Shown here one piece after another: positions 16,289-23,928 of a DNA stretch of 42,165 nucleotides. This DNA comes from a virus. The DNA lies in the IMG/VR virus record IMGVR_UViG_3300029116_000014, positions 1 through 42,165 of that record; one strand, 5' to 3'. The notes beneath the pieces were generated by a model, which saw only the letters and a list, made by a program, of their open reading frames with translations, had not been told where the DNA came from and did no database searches. Position 1 is the first letter of the stretch, and each line of letters starts with the position of its first letter. The translations under genes and the position numbers were made by a program.

Positions 16289-16450
16289 ATGGTTATCAAC
16301 CCCGTACTTTTCGGCGTACTCGCCTGCATCTTCACGCAGCTCGTGCTGCTGTTCGGGTGGGGCTTTTACCACCGCGTTCTCAAGGACGAGCTGAACAAGC
16401 GAAAGACGCTTTTGCTGAAAGCCGCTCAGATGCGCTGTGAGCGCCGCTAA
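16289..16450 (+). CDS. Small membrane protein (53 aa), paralogue of the 15566 peptide
   Basis: AGGAGG SD. MVINPVLFGVLACIFTQLVLLFGWGFYHRVLKDELNKRKTLLLKAAQMRCERR. Confidence 0.5.
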   Translation: MVINPVLFGVLACIFTQLVLLFGWGFYHRVLKDELNKRKTLLLKAAQMRCERR

Positions 16451-16532
16451 GCACTCAGGCATGAAATTACATGCCGAGGGGTGCGAAAACGCGACACGCG
16501 CCGTCTGAGGGCGCGGAAAGGGGTGATACGCA

Positions 16533-16673
16533 ATGACCGACGGCATCAAGCGGCGGAACGTAATCCGCGAGATGCAGAAACGCACGATCGGCGAGGCGCT
16601 TTACTCGAAAAAGATCGGCAGGAAGCCGAACGCAAGCGCTAAGAAAATCGGCGTACTGCCAAAACGAGATTAG
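16533..16673 (+). CDS. Small basic protein (46 aa)
   Basis: ATG preceded by GGAAAGGGGTG. MTDGIKRRNVIREMQKRTIGEALYSKKIGRKPNASAKKIGVLPKRD. Confidence 0.35.
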   Translation: MTDGIKRRNVIREMQKRTIGEALYSKKIGRKPNASAKKIGVLPKRD

Positions 16674-16850
16674 CCGCGCAAGGGCAAGGCAAAGCGCAGC
16701 AGAGCATAGCAAGGGCAAGGCATGGCGAAGCAGAGCGAGGGCATAGCGAAGCAGAGCGAGGGCATAGCAACGCAGTGCACTGCAACGGCAAGGCATAGCA
16801 TTACACAGCTCAGCGAGGGCATAGCATGGCAAAGCTATGCGAGGGCAAAG
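16673..16850 (+). repeat. T-poor repeat block 3 (GCGAGGGCATAGC units, including a 21-bp tandem duplication)
   Basis: AGGGCA at 16681, 16712, 16738, 16759, 16816 and 16842. GCGAAGCAGAGCGAGGGCATA occurs twice in tandem (16725-16766). The block opens with the same GCCGCGCAAGGGCA 14-mer as 15819-15832. Confidence 0.85.
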
Positions 16851-16881
16851 CTTGAGGAACGAAACAGGAGGACAAAAAATC

Positions 16882-17511
16882 ATGAAAAAGCTGAAAATTC
16901 ACGTGACATTCACCGAGGGCATTCTCGGCACGGCAACCGCAGATCCGGAAATCTACAGCCGGTTCATCGGCTCGAAGAGCCCGGACGCGGCAACACTGCC
17001 GGAGGAAGTCGCGGCACTCGGTGAGGACGCAATCATCGAGCGCGGCACGACCGTGTTCCCCAAGGACGAGGACGGCACGCCTTTTCTCTGGGATTACCAG
17101 ATCAAGGGGTTCTTCAAGGACGCTTGCGGTATGCTGGCACGTCTCAGCGGCAAGGACCCCGAAACCGGCAAAAAGCGCAAGGCGGTAAACGAGAGCGGCA
17201 AGCTGACGGCGTACAAGAAGGTCATCGACGGCCTGATCTTCGTCGAGCCGCGCCGCATTCGGCTCGATACCCCGGGCGAAATCACGATCTGTCAGCGTTC
17301 GCTCAGAGCGCAGACCGCGCAGGGCGAACGGACGGCACTCAGCAGCAGTGAGGAATGCCCGGCGGGCACGACGTGCGAAATGACGATCCTCTGCTTGGAC
17401 GACGCGCACGAAAAAGCGGTGCGCGAGTGGCTGGACTACGGCGCGCTGCGCGGTATCGGACAGTGGAGGAACAGCTCGAAGGGGCGGTTCGAGTGGGAGG
17501 AAGTCAAATAA
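16882..17511 (+). CDS. Hypothetical early protein (209 aa), first long gene after the repeat arrays
   Basis: Internal ATG of ORF 16837..17511, preceded by AGGAGG. No family recognised with confidence. Confidence 0.6.
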   Translation: MKKLKIHVTFTEGILGTATADPEIYSRFIGSKSPDAATLPEEVAALGEDAIIERGTTVFPKDEDGTPFLWDYQIKGFFKDACGMLARLSGKDPETGKKRKAVNESGKLTAYKKVIDGLIFVEPRRIRLDTPGEITICQRSLRAQTAQGERTALSSSEECPAGTTCEMTILCLDDAHEKAVREWLDYGALRGIGQWRNSSKGRFEWEEVK

Positions 17512-17517
17512 AAGAAA

Positions 17518-17550
17518 AACCGCCGAGCGGGAGCGCAATCCCGTTTCGGC
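17518..17550 (+). terminator. Strong GC hairpin (possible attenuator/terminator, no U-tract)
   Basis: CCGCCGAGCGGGA-GCGCAA-TCCCGTTTCGGCGG forms a stem of about 13 bp. It is followed by CAAAGATAAA rather than a T-run. Confidence 0.35.
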
Positions 17551-17601
17551 GGCAAAGATAAATGTTCAAGGAAAGTCTAACACGAAAAGGAGAAAAAGTC
17601 A

Positions 17602-17865
17602 ATGGACAGAGAGACGGCGCACAAGCTGCTTGATCTGGTGTTGAGCGCAAAGCACAAGGGCGTGACATTTGAGTTCACGCCGATGTGCAACAACGGCGGA
17701 CAGGCGAGCTTTTTCATTCACGAGTGGGACGGAAACAGTATCGGCAAATGCCGCGGCTACACGATGGATATTGACGGCGCGTGGCTTGTGCTCGGTGAGG
17801 GCAGACGCTGCACAACGCAGGAAATCATGAAGGTTCTGGAGGGGTTGCAGGATGCTGAACATTGA
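17602..17865 (+). CDS. Hypothetical protein (87 aa)
   Basis: AAAAGGAGA SD. The ORF is in the early operon. Confidence 0.55.
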   Translation: MDRETAHKLLDLVLSAKHKGVTFEFTPMCNNGGQASFFIHEWDGNSIGKCRGYTMDIDGAWLVLGEGRRCTTQEIMKVLEGLQDAEH

Positions 17866-18058
17866 GCCGCCGCTCGAGCCGCCAGAGAGAGACGATCAGG
17901 AGCGCATTAACCGGCTGTACGACATGCGCGAGGCGGAAATCCGCATGGGGGCGTTCCTCGAGGAGTACGAGGGGCTGTTCCCGGATGAGATCAAGAACTT
18001 TTTACAGGACGTGCGGGAGCGCGTCTGGGAAGCAGAAGACGAGATAGAGGAGGACTAA
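17852..18058 (+). CDS. Hypothetical acidic protein (68 aa)
   Basis: The ORF overlaps the upstream gene end. It is Glu/Asp-rich. Confidence 0.5.
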   Translation: MLNIEPPLEPPERDDQERINRLYDMREAEIRMGAFLEEYEGLFPDEIKNFLQDVRERVWEAEDEIEED

Positions 18059-18061
18059 GAA

Positions 18062-18679
18062 ATGAGCGTGTATGAGAAGTTAGCGGCAGTTCAGCGAGAG
18101 CTGAAAGCACCGAAGGGACAGTACAACAGCTTCGGCAAGTACAAGTACCGCAGCTGCGAGGACATTCTGGAAGCACTCAAGCCGGTACTCGGAAAGAACA
18201 ACTGTGCTGTGATGCTGTCGGACGATGTGGAGCAGGTAGGCGAACGGTTTTATATCCGCGCAACGGTGACGTTCTTTGACTGCGACACTGGCGAACAGGT
18301 TTACAATGCGGCGTTTGCCCGCGAGGACGCAGACAAGAAAGGCATGGATGGGTCACAGATCACCGGCACGGCAAGCAGCTATGCACGAAAGTATGCGCTG
18401 AACGGCCTGTTCCTCATCGACGATACCAAGGACGCGGACACGGACGCATACCACGAGCAGACCAGCGGCGAGAAGCCGAAGGAAGACACGAAGATCGCGG
18501 CGGCGAAGGCCAAGGCGAACGAGGTAAAGCGGATGCTTGTGAAAATCATGGGCGACAAGACCGCAGCGGCGCAGCTGTGGAACGAGAAGTACAAGCAGGA
18601 TGCAGGCGACATCGTGAAGATGAACGCGGCGCTGCTTGATCTCGAAGCTCGGCTCAAGCAGATGGAGGCGCTTGCATGA
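18062..18679 (+). CDS. erf: ERF-family single-strand annealing protein
   Basis: VYEKLAAVQRELKAPKGQYNSFGKYKYRSCEDILEALKPVL and GSQITGTASSYARKYALNGLF match the recalled ERF signature. Confidence 0.8.
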   Translation: MSVYEKLAAVQRELKAPKGQYNSFGKYKYRSCEDILEALKPVLGKNNCAVMLSDDVEQVGERFYIRATVTFFDCDTGEQVYNAAFAREDADKKGMDGSQITGTASSYARKYALNGLFLIDDTKDADTDAYHEQTSGEKPKEDTKIAAAKAKANEVKRMLVKIMGDKTAAAQLWNEKYKQDAGDIVKMNAALLDLEARLKQMEALA

Positions 18680-19212
18680 CGCATGAGTTTGATCGTGCGC
18701 ACGTCGTGCGCGACGAGAGCGGCAACTGGCTTTGCCTGCACGTCAAGAACGCGCCTATGGCGCGCGTAGAGTGCGAGCAGATGAAGGAGGGCAAGTTATA
18801 CTGCGCGGAGGTAAAGCGCAAGTATGACAAGCGCTCAGGGCGTTGCAACGCCTATCTCTGGCAGATGCTCGGAAAGCTGGCGGCGGTGCTCGGCATGAAG
18901 CGCGACGAGGTGTACCGCTCGTACATTCCCGATGTAGGGGACAATTACCGACTTGTCCCCTACGCCAACGAGCAGCAGCGCGATTTGATCGCGAACCTGT
19001 GGGAAAAGCAGGGGCTCGGATGGGTAACGCAGGACTGTAACGGCGGTTTGCTGATGTGCTACTACGGCTCATCCACTTACAACACGCTGCAAATGGGGCG
19101 GCTGATTGACATGGTAGTGCAGGACTGCAAGGAGCAGGGCATTGAGACAGAGCCGGAAAGCACGGTGCTCGGATGGATTGCCAAGTGGAAACCGGAGGAA
19201 CGCGGGGTATGA
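18676..19212 (+). CDS. Hypothetical recombination-module protein (NinB/HNHc_6-like KRS..N.Y.W motif)
   Basis: 178 aa. KYDKRSGRCNAYLWQMLGKLA resembles the KRSxxxNxxxW motif of NinB-like or putative HNHc nuclease families. This is a weak assignment. Confidence 0.4.
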   Translation: MTHEFDRAHVVRDESGNWLCLHVKNAPMARVECEQMKEGKLYCAEVKRKYDKRSGRCNAYLWQMLGKLAAVLGMKRDEVYRSYIPDVGDNYRLVPYANEQQRDLIANLWEKQGLGWVTQDCNGGLLMCYYGSSTYNTLQMGRLIDMVVQDCKEQGIETEPESTVLGWIAKWKPEERGV

Positions 19213-19376
19213 GGTTTACGACATACAAGCGATTCGTACCGGCACACCGGAAGATCGGATACCGGTACGCCTGCTGGGCGCGGAACCACGGAGGCTGGGC
19301 GAAGATGAAAAAAGGGTATCGCAAGCTCGCCAAGAAGCGACTGAAAAGAGAGATGGAAAGGGACGCGAGGCAATGA
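19209..19376 (+). CDS. Small basic hypothetical protein (55 aa)
   Basis: ATGA overlaps at both ends indicate translational coupling. Confidence 0.4.
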   Translation: MRFTTYKRFVPAHRKIGYRYACWARNHGGWAKMKKGYRKLAKKRLKREMERDARQ

Positions 19377-19687
19377 GGAGACAGACGAAGTTTACGGGCG
19401 TGTCGCCAAGCGTCTGGAAAGAGGTCTATGACCGGGACGGCGGCGTTTGCCGCCACTGCGGCAAGGGCGGTGTGTTACAGGCGGCGCACTTTGTCAGCAG
19501 GGCGCGCGGCGGCATGGGGATTCCGACGAATTTAGTCATGCTGTGCCAGGAGTGTCACCGGGAAATGGACCAGGGCGACGGCAAGGAAATCAAGGAAGAA
19601 ATGCGGGAATACCTCGAAAGCCTTTATCCCATGTGGAGCGAGGAAAGGCAGAAATACACAAAGGAGACAGGACGAAATGCTGAATAA
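19373..19687 (+). CDS. HNH endonuclease
   Basis: CRHCGKGGVLQAAHFVSRARGGMGIPTNLVMLCQECHREMD (Cys4 plus an H-N-H pattern). Confidence 0.8.
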   Translation: MRRQTKFTGVSPSVWKEVYDRDGGVCRHCGKGGVLQAAHFVSRARGGMGIPTNLVMLCQECHREMDQGDGKEIKEEMREYLESLYPMWSEERQKYTKETGRNAE

Positions 19688-20075
19688 GGGAATTTTAATG
19701 GGTCGGCTGACGCGAGACCCGGAGTTGCGCCACACACAGAGCGGCACAGCGGTTTGTTCGTTCACGCTGGCGATTGACCGAGACCGCAAGGACGCAAACG
19801 GCGAGAAGCAGGCCGATTTTATCGACTGCGTCGCATGGAACAAGCAGGCAGAATTCGTTGCACAGTGGTTCTCGAAGGGGATGATGGCAATCGTTGTTGG
19901 CCGTATCCAGTCCCGCAAGTGGCAAGACCAGAACGGCAACAACCGCACTGCGATTGAGATCAACTGCGAGGATGTTTCCTTCGGCGAGACGAAGAAGAAC
20001 CGCGAGAACAGCGGCGGACAGACAAGCGACTTTATCGCGTCGGACGAGAGTGACCCGGACGACTGCCCGTTTTGA
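19677..20075 (+). CDS. ssb: Single-stranded DNA-binding protein
   Basis: MLNKGILMGRLTRDPELRHTQSGTAVCSFTLAIDR...FIDCVAWNKQAE...GRIQSRKWQDQNG, with an acidic tail ending DDCPF. Confidence 0.92.
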   Translation: MLNKGILMGRLTRDPELRHTQSGTAVCSFTLAIDRDRKDANGEKQADFIDCVAWNKQAEFVAQWFSKGMMAIVVGRIQSRKWQDQNGNNRTAIEINCEDVSFGETKKNRENSGGQTSDFIASDESDPDDCPF

Positions 20076-20088
20076 GAGGTGACAGGGG

Positions 20089-20826
20089 ATGCTGACGAAC
20101 GGGCACATACAGATTTACCGACAGCTCACAGAATGGGGGTGGTACAAGGATGTACCCACCTGCAAGCTGTGGCTGCATATCCTGCTGAGGGCAAACTACA
20201 AGGAAAGCCAGTTCATGGGGAGCGAGATTCACCGAGGCGCGTTTGTGACGAGCTTGCAGGGGATTGCAGACGAGAGCGGGCTAACGGTAAAGCAGGTGCG
20301 CACGGCACTCGGAAAGCTCAAGAAAACCGGAGAAATCACGGTGGAAAGCAACCGGCATTACACAGTAATCACGGTATGCCGGTATGACGAGTATCAGGGC
20401 GGCGAGAGGGAGGAAGCGCCTGCAAAGCAGCCGCCGAAACCGGAGATGCCGAAAAAGACGCAGAGTCCAAAGCCGAAAGAGCCTGACCTTGCAGAGCGGT
20501 TTTCTGAGCCTGTGCTTTCTGCGGTGCGCGACTGGATCACCTACAAGCAGGAGCGGCGCGAGGCGTACAAGGCAGTCGGCTTGAAGTCTCTGCTGACAGA
20601 GATAGAAAACCGAGTAAAGCGCCACGGAGCGGCGGCAGTAGCCGAGGTTATCCGGCTGAGCATGGCGAACAACTGGAAGGGCATTATCTGGGATCGCATC
20701 AAGGACGCGCCAAAGCAGGCGGAAGCAAAGACGGAACCGGAGGAAACGCCGGACTGGGAGATTGCATGGCGAGCACAGAAGGAAGAAATTAGACGGCAAA
20801 TGAGAGAGGAAGGTTATGAGAGGTAG
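20089..20826 (+). CDS. Replisome organizer / replication initiation protein (winged-helix N-terminal domain, conserved phage C-terminal domain)
   Basis: The N-terminal W..YKD...KLWLHILLRANYKE...RGAFVTSLQGIADESGLTVKQVRTALGKLKKTGEI pattern matches. The C-terminal FSEPVL..WITYKQERREAYK...NNWKGIIWD is as in phage replisome organizers. Confidence 0.65.
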   Translation: MLTNGHIQIYRQLTEWGWYKDVPTCKLWLHILLRANYKESQFMGSEIHRGAFVTSLQGIADESGLTVKQVRTALGKLKKTGEITVESNRHYTVITVCRYDEYQGGEREEAPAKQPPKPEMPKKTQSPKPKEPDLAERFSEPVLSAVRDWITYKQERREAYKAVGLKSLLTEIENRVKRHGAAAVAEVIRLSMANNWKGIIWDRIKDAPKQAEAKTEPEETPDWEIAWRAQKEEIRRQMREEGYER

Positions 20827-21169
20827 AAAGAAAGATACTCTCTGCTGGGACTGCACGAAAGCCGCTGCGAAGAGCTGCGCATGGTCTGGGCGGTTCGAGC
20901 CGGTGAAAGGCTGGAAGGCCGAACGAGTGCAGCGGCAAGACCTCAATGGCGGCGAGACGTTCCACGTTATCAGCTGCCCGGAGTTCGAGCCGGACAGGCG
21001 GCCGGAACAGCCGAAACGCAAGGACGCTTACACAGAACACGACCTCTGCGTCATCCGAAACAGTCTGGAGGACGGCGAAAGCGTGAGCATGATCGCGTGG
21101 AGACTCGGCAGGAGTTTGACTGCTGTAACGTACAAGATCAGGAAAATGAGGCGAGCGGGTGAATTATAA
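20816..21169 (+). CDS. Hypothetical Cys-cluster plus HTH-like protein
   Basis: 117 aa. It has an N-terminal CWDCTK...C...SC cluster and a C-terminal SVSMIAWRLGRSLTAVTYKIRKM, which is HTH-like. Confidence 0.5.
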   Translation: MRGRKKDTLCWDCTKAAAKSCAWSGRFEPVKGWKAERVQRQDLNGGETFHVISCPEFEPDRRPEQPKRKDAYTEHDLCVIRNSLEDGESVSMIAWRLGRSLTAVTYKIRKMRRAGEL

Positions 21170-21542
21170 GTTTACGATACGAGGCACGCTGCCGGGACTA
21201 AACGAACTGATCGAGGCGGAACGGCGAAACCGATTTATCGGTGCAAAGCTGAAAAAGCAGTATGAAGCGGTTGTTATGCGGGCGGCGCGAAGCCTCGGGA
21301 ATGTGGAGTTTGAAGAGCCGGTGTACATGGCGTACCACTGGTACGAGAAGGACCGGCGGCGCGATAAGGACAATATCTGCGCGTTTGGGCGCAAGGTTAT
21401 TCAGGACGCGCTGGTAAAGGCGCGGTATCTGAGTAACGACGGATGGAAGAATATCCGAGGGTTTGAAGATCACTTTGAAGTGGACGCGAAAAATCCGCGG
21501 ATTGTGGTTGAGATTTGGGAGAGTGCGGATGAAACAGGTTAA
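21159..21542 (+). CDS. rusA: RusA-family Holliday junction resolvase
   Basis: GTG start. LPGLNELIEAERRNRF, RRRDKDNICAFGRKVIQDALVKARYLSNDGW and EVDAKNPRIVVEI match the recalled RusA layout. Confidence 0.75.
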   Translation: MNYKFTIRGTLPGLNELIEAERRNRFIGAKLKKQYEAVVMRAARSLGNVEFEEPVYMAYHWYEKDRRRDKDNICAFGRKVIQDALVKARYLSNDGWKNIRGFEDHFEVDAKNPRIVVEIWESADETG

Positions 21543-22347
21543 ATGTGAGATGTTCTGCGATAATTTCCAGAACTACAAGCGTTACGGGATTCCGAAAGCG
21601 CAGCTTGTTATTGCGGATATTCCGTATAACATCGGAGCGGACGCTTACGGTAGCAATCCGATGTGGTATGTCGGCGGAGATAACAAGAACGGCGAGAGCA
21701 AGAAGGCAAAGAGCAGTTTCTTTCGGACTGACGGCTATTTCAAGATTGCAGAGTATATGCACTTCTGTAATCGGCTTTTGAAGAAAGAACCGAAGGAAAA
21801 GAACGCCGCACCGGCGATGATTGTATTTTGCGCGTTCGACCAGATGCAGACGGTGATGGAGTACGGCAGGCGGTACGGGTTCAAGAACAGTTATCCGCTG
21901 TTTTTCACAAAAAATTACTCGGCACAGGTACTTAAAGCCAATATGCGCATTGTAGGCGCAACCGAATTTGCGGTCGTACTGTATCGCGACAAGCTGCCGA
22001 AGTTTAACAACGGCAGGCAGTACGACGAGGACGGCAAGGTCATTCGCGGAAGCGGAAAGATGGTGTTTGACCATATCGACTGGGAGCGGGACGGCAGAGA
22101 GATTCCCAAGCTGCACCCGACGCAGAAGCCGGTGAAGGTGCTGAAAAAGCTGATTGAGATTTTCACAGACCCGGGCGACACGGTAATTGACCCATGCGCC
22201 GGGAGCGGTTCGACGCTGAGAGCGGCGCGGGAGCTGGGAAGAAACAGCTATGGGTTTGAACTGGATAAGCACTTCTATCAGATGGCAAAAGACGAAATGC
22301 TGAAAGAGCCGGAAATGGTGCAGATTGGGATGGAGGGCGTTGTGTAA
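21529..22347 (+). CDS. DNA methyltransferase (N6_N4_Mtase family, beta-class order)
   Basis: VIADIPYNIG (a DPPY-type catalytic motif) lies N-terminal, followed by HPTQKP and VIDPCAGSGSTLRAARELGRNSYGFELD (AdoMet motif). The start at ATG 21529 is chosen; 21550 is an alternative. Confidence 0.85.
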   Translation: MKQVKCEMFCDNFQNYKRYGIPKAQLVIADIPYNIGADAYGSNPMWYVGGDNKNGESKKAKSSFFRTDGYFKIAEYMHFCNRLLKKEPKEKNAAPAMIVFCAFDQMQTVMEYGRRYGFKNSYPLFFTKNYSAQVLKANMRIVGATEFAVVLYRDKLPKFNNGRQYDEDGKVIRGSGKMVFDHIDWERDGREIPKLHPTQKPVKVLKKLIEIFTDPGDTVIDPCAGSGSTLRAARELGRNSYGFELDKHFYQMAKDEMLKEPEMVQIGMEGVV

Positions 22348-23010
22348 ATGAAAGTCTTAGTAGCATGCGAGGAATCGCAGACTGTGTGCAAGGCTTTTCG
22401 AGAGCGTGGACACGAAGCATATTCCTGTGATATACAAGAACCGTCCGGAGGTCATCCCGAGTGGCATATCCTCGGCGACGCACTCGCTGCGGTAGAGGGT
22501 GGGATAATAACTACCATGGACGGTAAGAAACATGAGGTAGGCAAGTGGGATTTGCTGATTGCACATCCGCCTTGCACTTACTTAACCAACGCAGGGGCGC
22601 GGCACTTGTGGGCACATCACCAGTTACAGCCGGAACGGGTAAAGCTCGGTATCCGGGCGCGTGATTTGTTCATGCGGTTCTGGTGGGCAGATATACCGCG
22701 AATCGTGATTGAGAACCCTGTTCCGTCAAGCGTGTTTTGTCTGCCGGAGTACACGCAGATTATCAATCCATACCAGTTTTACGGTGCCGAACACCCATAC
22801 ACGAAGAAAACGTGTTTGTGGGAAAAGAACGTAGAACCGTTAGTGCCGATTGAAGCGGTAGAACCGGAGAAAAGCAGAGTGCTTCATATGAAGAATGGTA
22901 CAGTTCGCCGTTCCTGTTGGGTGATGGATCAGAACAGAGACCGGGCGAAAGCGAGAAGCAAGACGTTCCCGGGCATTGCTCGGGCGATGGCGGAACAGTG
23001 GGGAGGTTGA
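22348..23010 (+). CDS. Minimal C5-cytosine-methyltransferase-like protein (atypical)
   Basis: 220 aa. LLIAHPPCTYLTNAG resembles motif IV (the PC dipeptide) and RIVIENPV resembles motif VI (ENV-like). The N-terminal VLVACEESQTV lacks the FxGxG glycines. No long target-recognition domain is present. Confidence 0.5.
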   Translation: MKVLVACEESQTVCKAFRERGHEAYSCDIQEPSGGHPEWHILGDALAAVEGGIITTMDGKKHEVGKWDLLIAHPPCTYLTNAGARHLWAHHQLQPERVKLGIRARDLFMRFWWADIPRIVIENPVPSSVFCLPEYTQIINPYQFYGAEHPYTKKTCLWEKNVEPLVPIEAVEPEKSRVLHMKNGTVRRSCWVMDQNRDRAKARSKTFPGIARAMAEQWGG

Positions 23011-23086
23011 AGCTGCAACGGCGACAGCGAGCACCGGGCGGATTTCCGGTTGGAAGATGAGACGTGCGAGGAATAGGAGAAACAGA

Positions 23087-23281
23087 ATGACGCATGATTG
23101 CAGCGGTTGCGGCTATATGAAGTCGCTTGAAGATAATTCCGGAAGAACGATATATTTCTGTATGTTTGATCAGAGTCCGTTCTATTTGGAGGAAACTGGA
23201 ATTGACGGCGACTGTGAATTGGACGATTATGCAGAGGAAATTTATCGGAGAAGCGGAGAATGGGAGGAAAACAATGAATAA
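23087..23281 (+). CDS. Small Cys-rich hypothetical protein (64 aa)
   Basis: Internal ATG of ORF 22976..23281, preceded by AGGAGA. MTHDCSGCGYM...FCMF...GDCELDD. Confidence 0.45.
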   Translation: MTHDCSGCGYMKSLEDNSGRTIYFCMFDQSPFYLEETGIDGDCELDDYAEEIYRRSGEWEENNE

Positions 23282-23867
23282 AAAGTTTGAATTTACCGGA
23301 GAAACCAAAGTAATTTTAGGGCATACCCTGCATCGCATTCGGGCGTTGATTTCGTTCGGTGAAGTCGAAGCTGGGGAACTAGGCGGATGGATTGAAAAAG
23401 AGGAAAACCTTGATGCTTCCGGCAACGCATGGGTTTCCGGCGACGCACGGGTTTCCGGCGACGCACAGGTTTACGGCAACGCATGGGTTTCCGGCGACGC
23501 ACGGGTTTCCGGCGACGCACGGGTTTCCGGCAACGCATGGGTTTCCGGCGACGCACGGGTTTACGGCAACGCATGGGTTTCCGGCAACGCATGGGTTTCC
23601 GGCGACGCACGGGTTTACAAGCGCGGTGCGATTTTCTGGATTTCCAATGTTGGTTCGCGCGATGACACGGCAACTTTCTTCGCCTGCCGGGATAAAAAAA
23701 TCAAAGTAATTGTAGGTTGCTTCTTCGGAGATTTGGACGAGTTTGCCGCCGCAGTACAGAAAACGCAAGGAGATAACACACACGCCAAGGTATACCGCCT
23801 TGCAATCGAAATGGCGAAGGAACGCATTAAGATGGATGATATGCCGGAGGAAAGCAATGACGGTTGA
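23274..23867 (+). CDS. Hexapeptide-repeat (predicted beta-helix) protein
   Basis: 197 aa. The central part is made of 6-aa units (GNAWVS/GDARVS/GDAQVY), about 11 units, encoded by an 18-bp tandem DNA repeat at about 23410-23620. Confidence 0.7.
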   Translation: MNKKFEFTGETKVILGHTLHRIRALISFGEVEAGELGGWIEKEENLDASGNAWVSGDARVSGDAQVYGNAWVSGDARVSGDARVSGNAWVSGDARVYGNAWVSGNAWVSGDARVYKRGAIFWISNVGSRDDTATFFACRDKKIKVIVGCFFGDLDEFAAAVQKTQGDNTHAKVYRLAIEMAKERIKMDDMPEESNDG

Positions 23868-23928
23868 TGAGCTGCGGCGCAAGTCCAACATGGGGCTGCG
23901 GGAGCTGAGAGAATTGGAGGAGATGTAA

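Noticed and set aside
15642-16883. Long minus-strand ORFs across the repeat arrays (15671..16018, 16025..16585, 16467..16883 and others)
   Set aside because: The + strand here is nearly T-free, so the minus strand lacks the A needed for stop codons. These frames are therefore open by composition alone. The products are Cys/Ala/Leu/Pro low-complexity strings without ribosome-binding sites.
23293-23709. Alternative-frame ORFs over the 18-bp repeat (23392..23709 +, 23429..23665 +, 23293..23673 -, 23379..24020 -)
   Set aside because: All frames stay open across a perfect tandem repeat. Only the 23274..23867 frame has an SD, sensible non-repeat termini and coupling to neighbouring genes.
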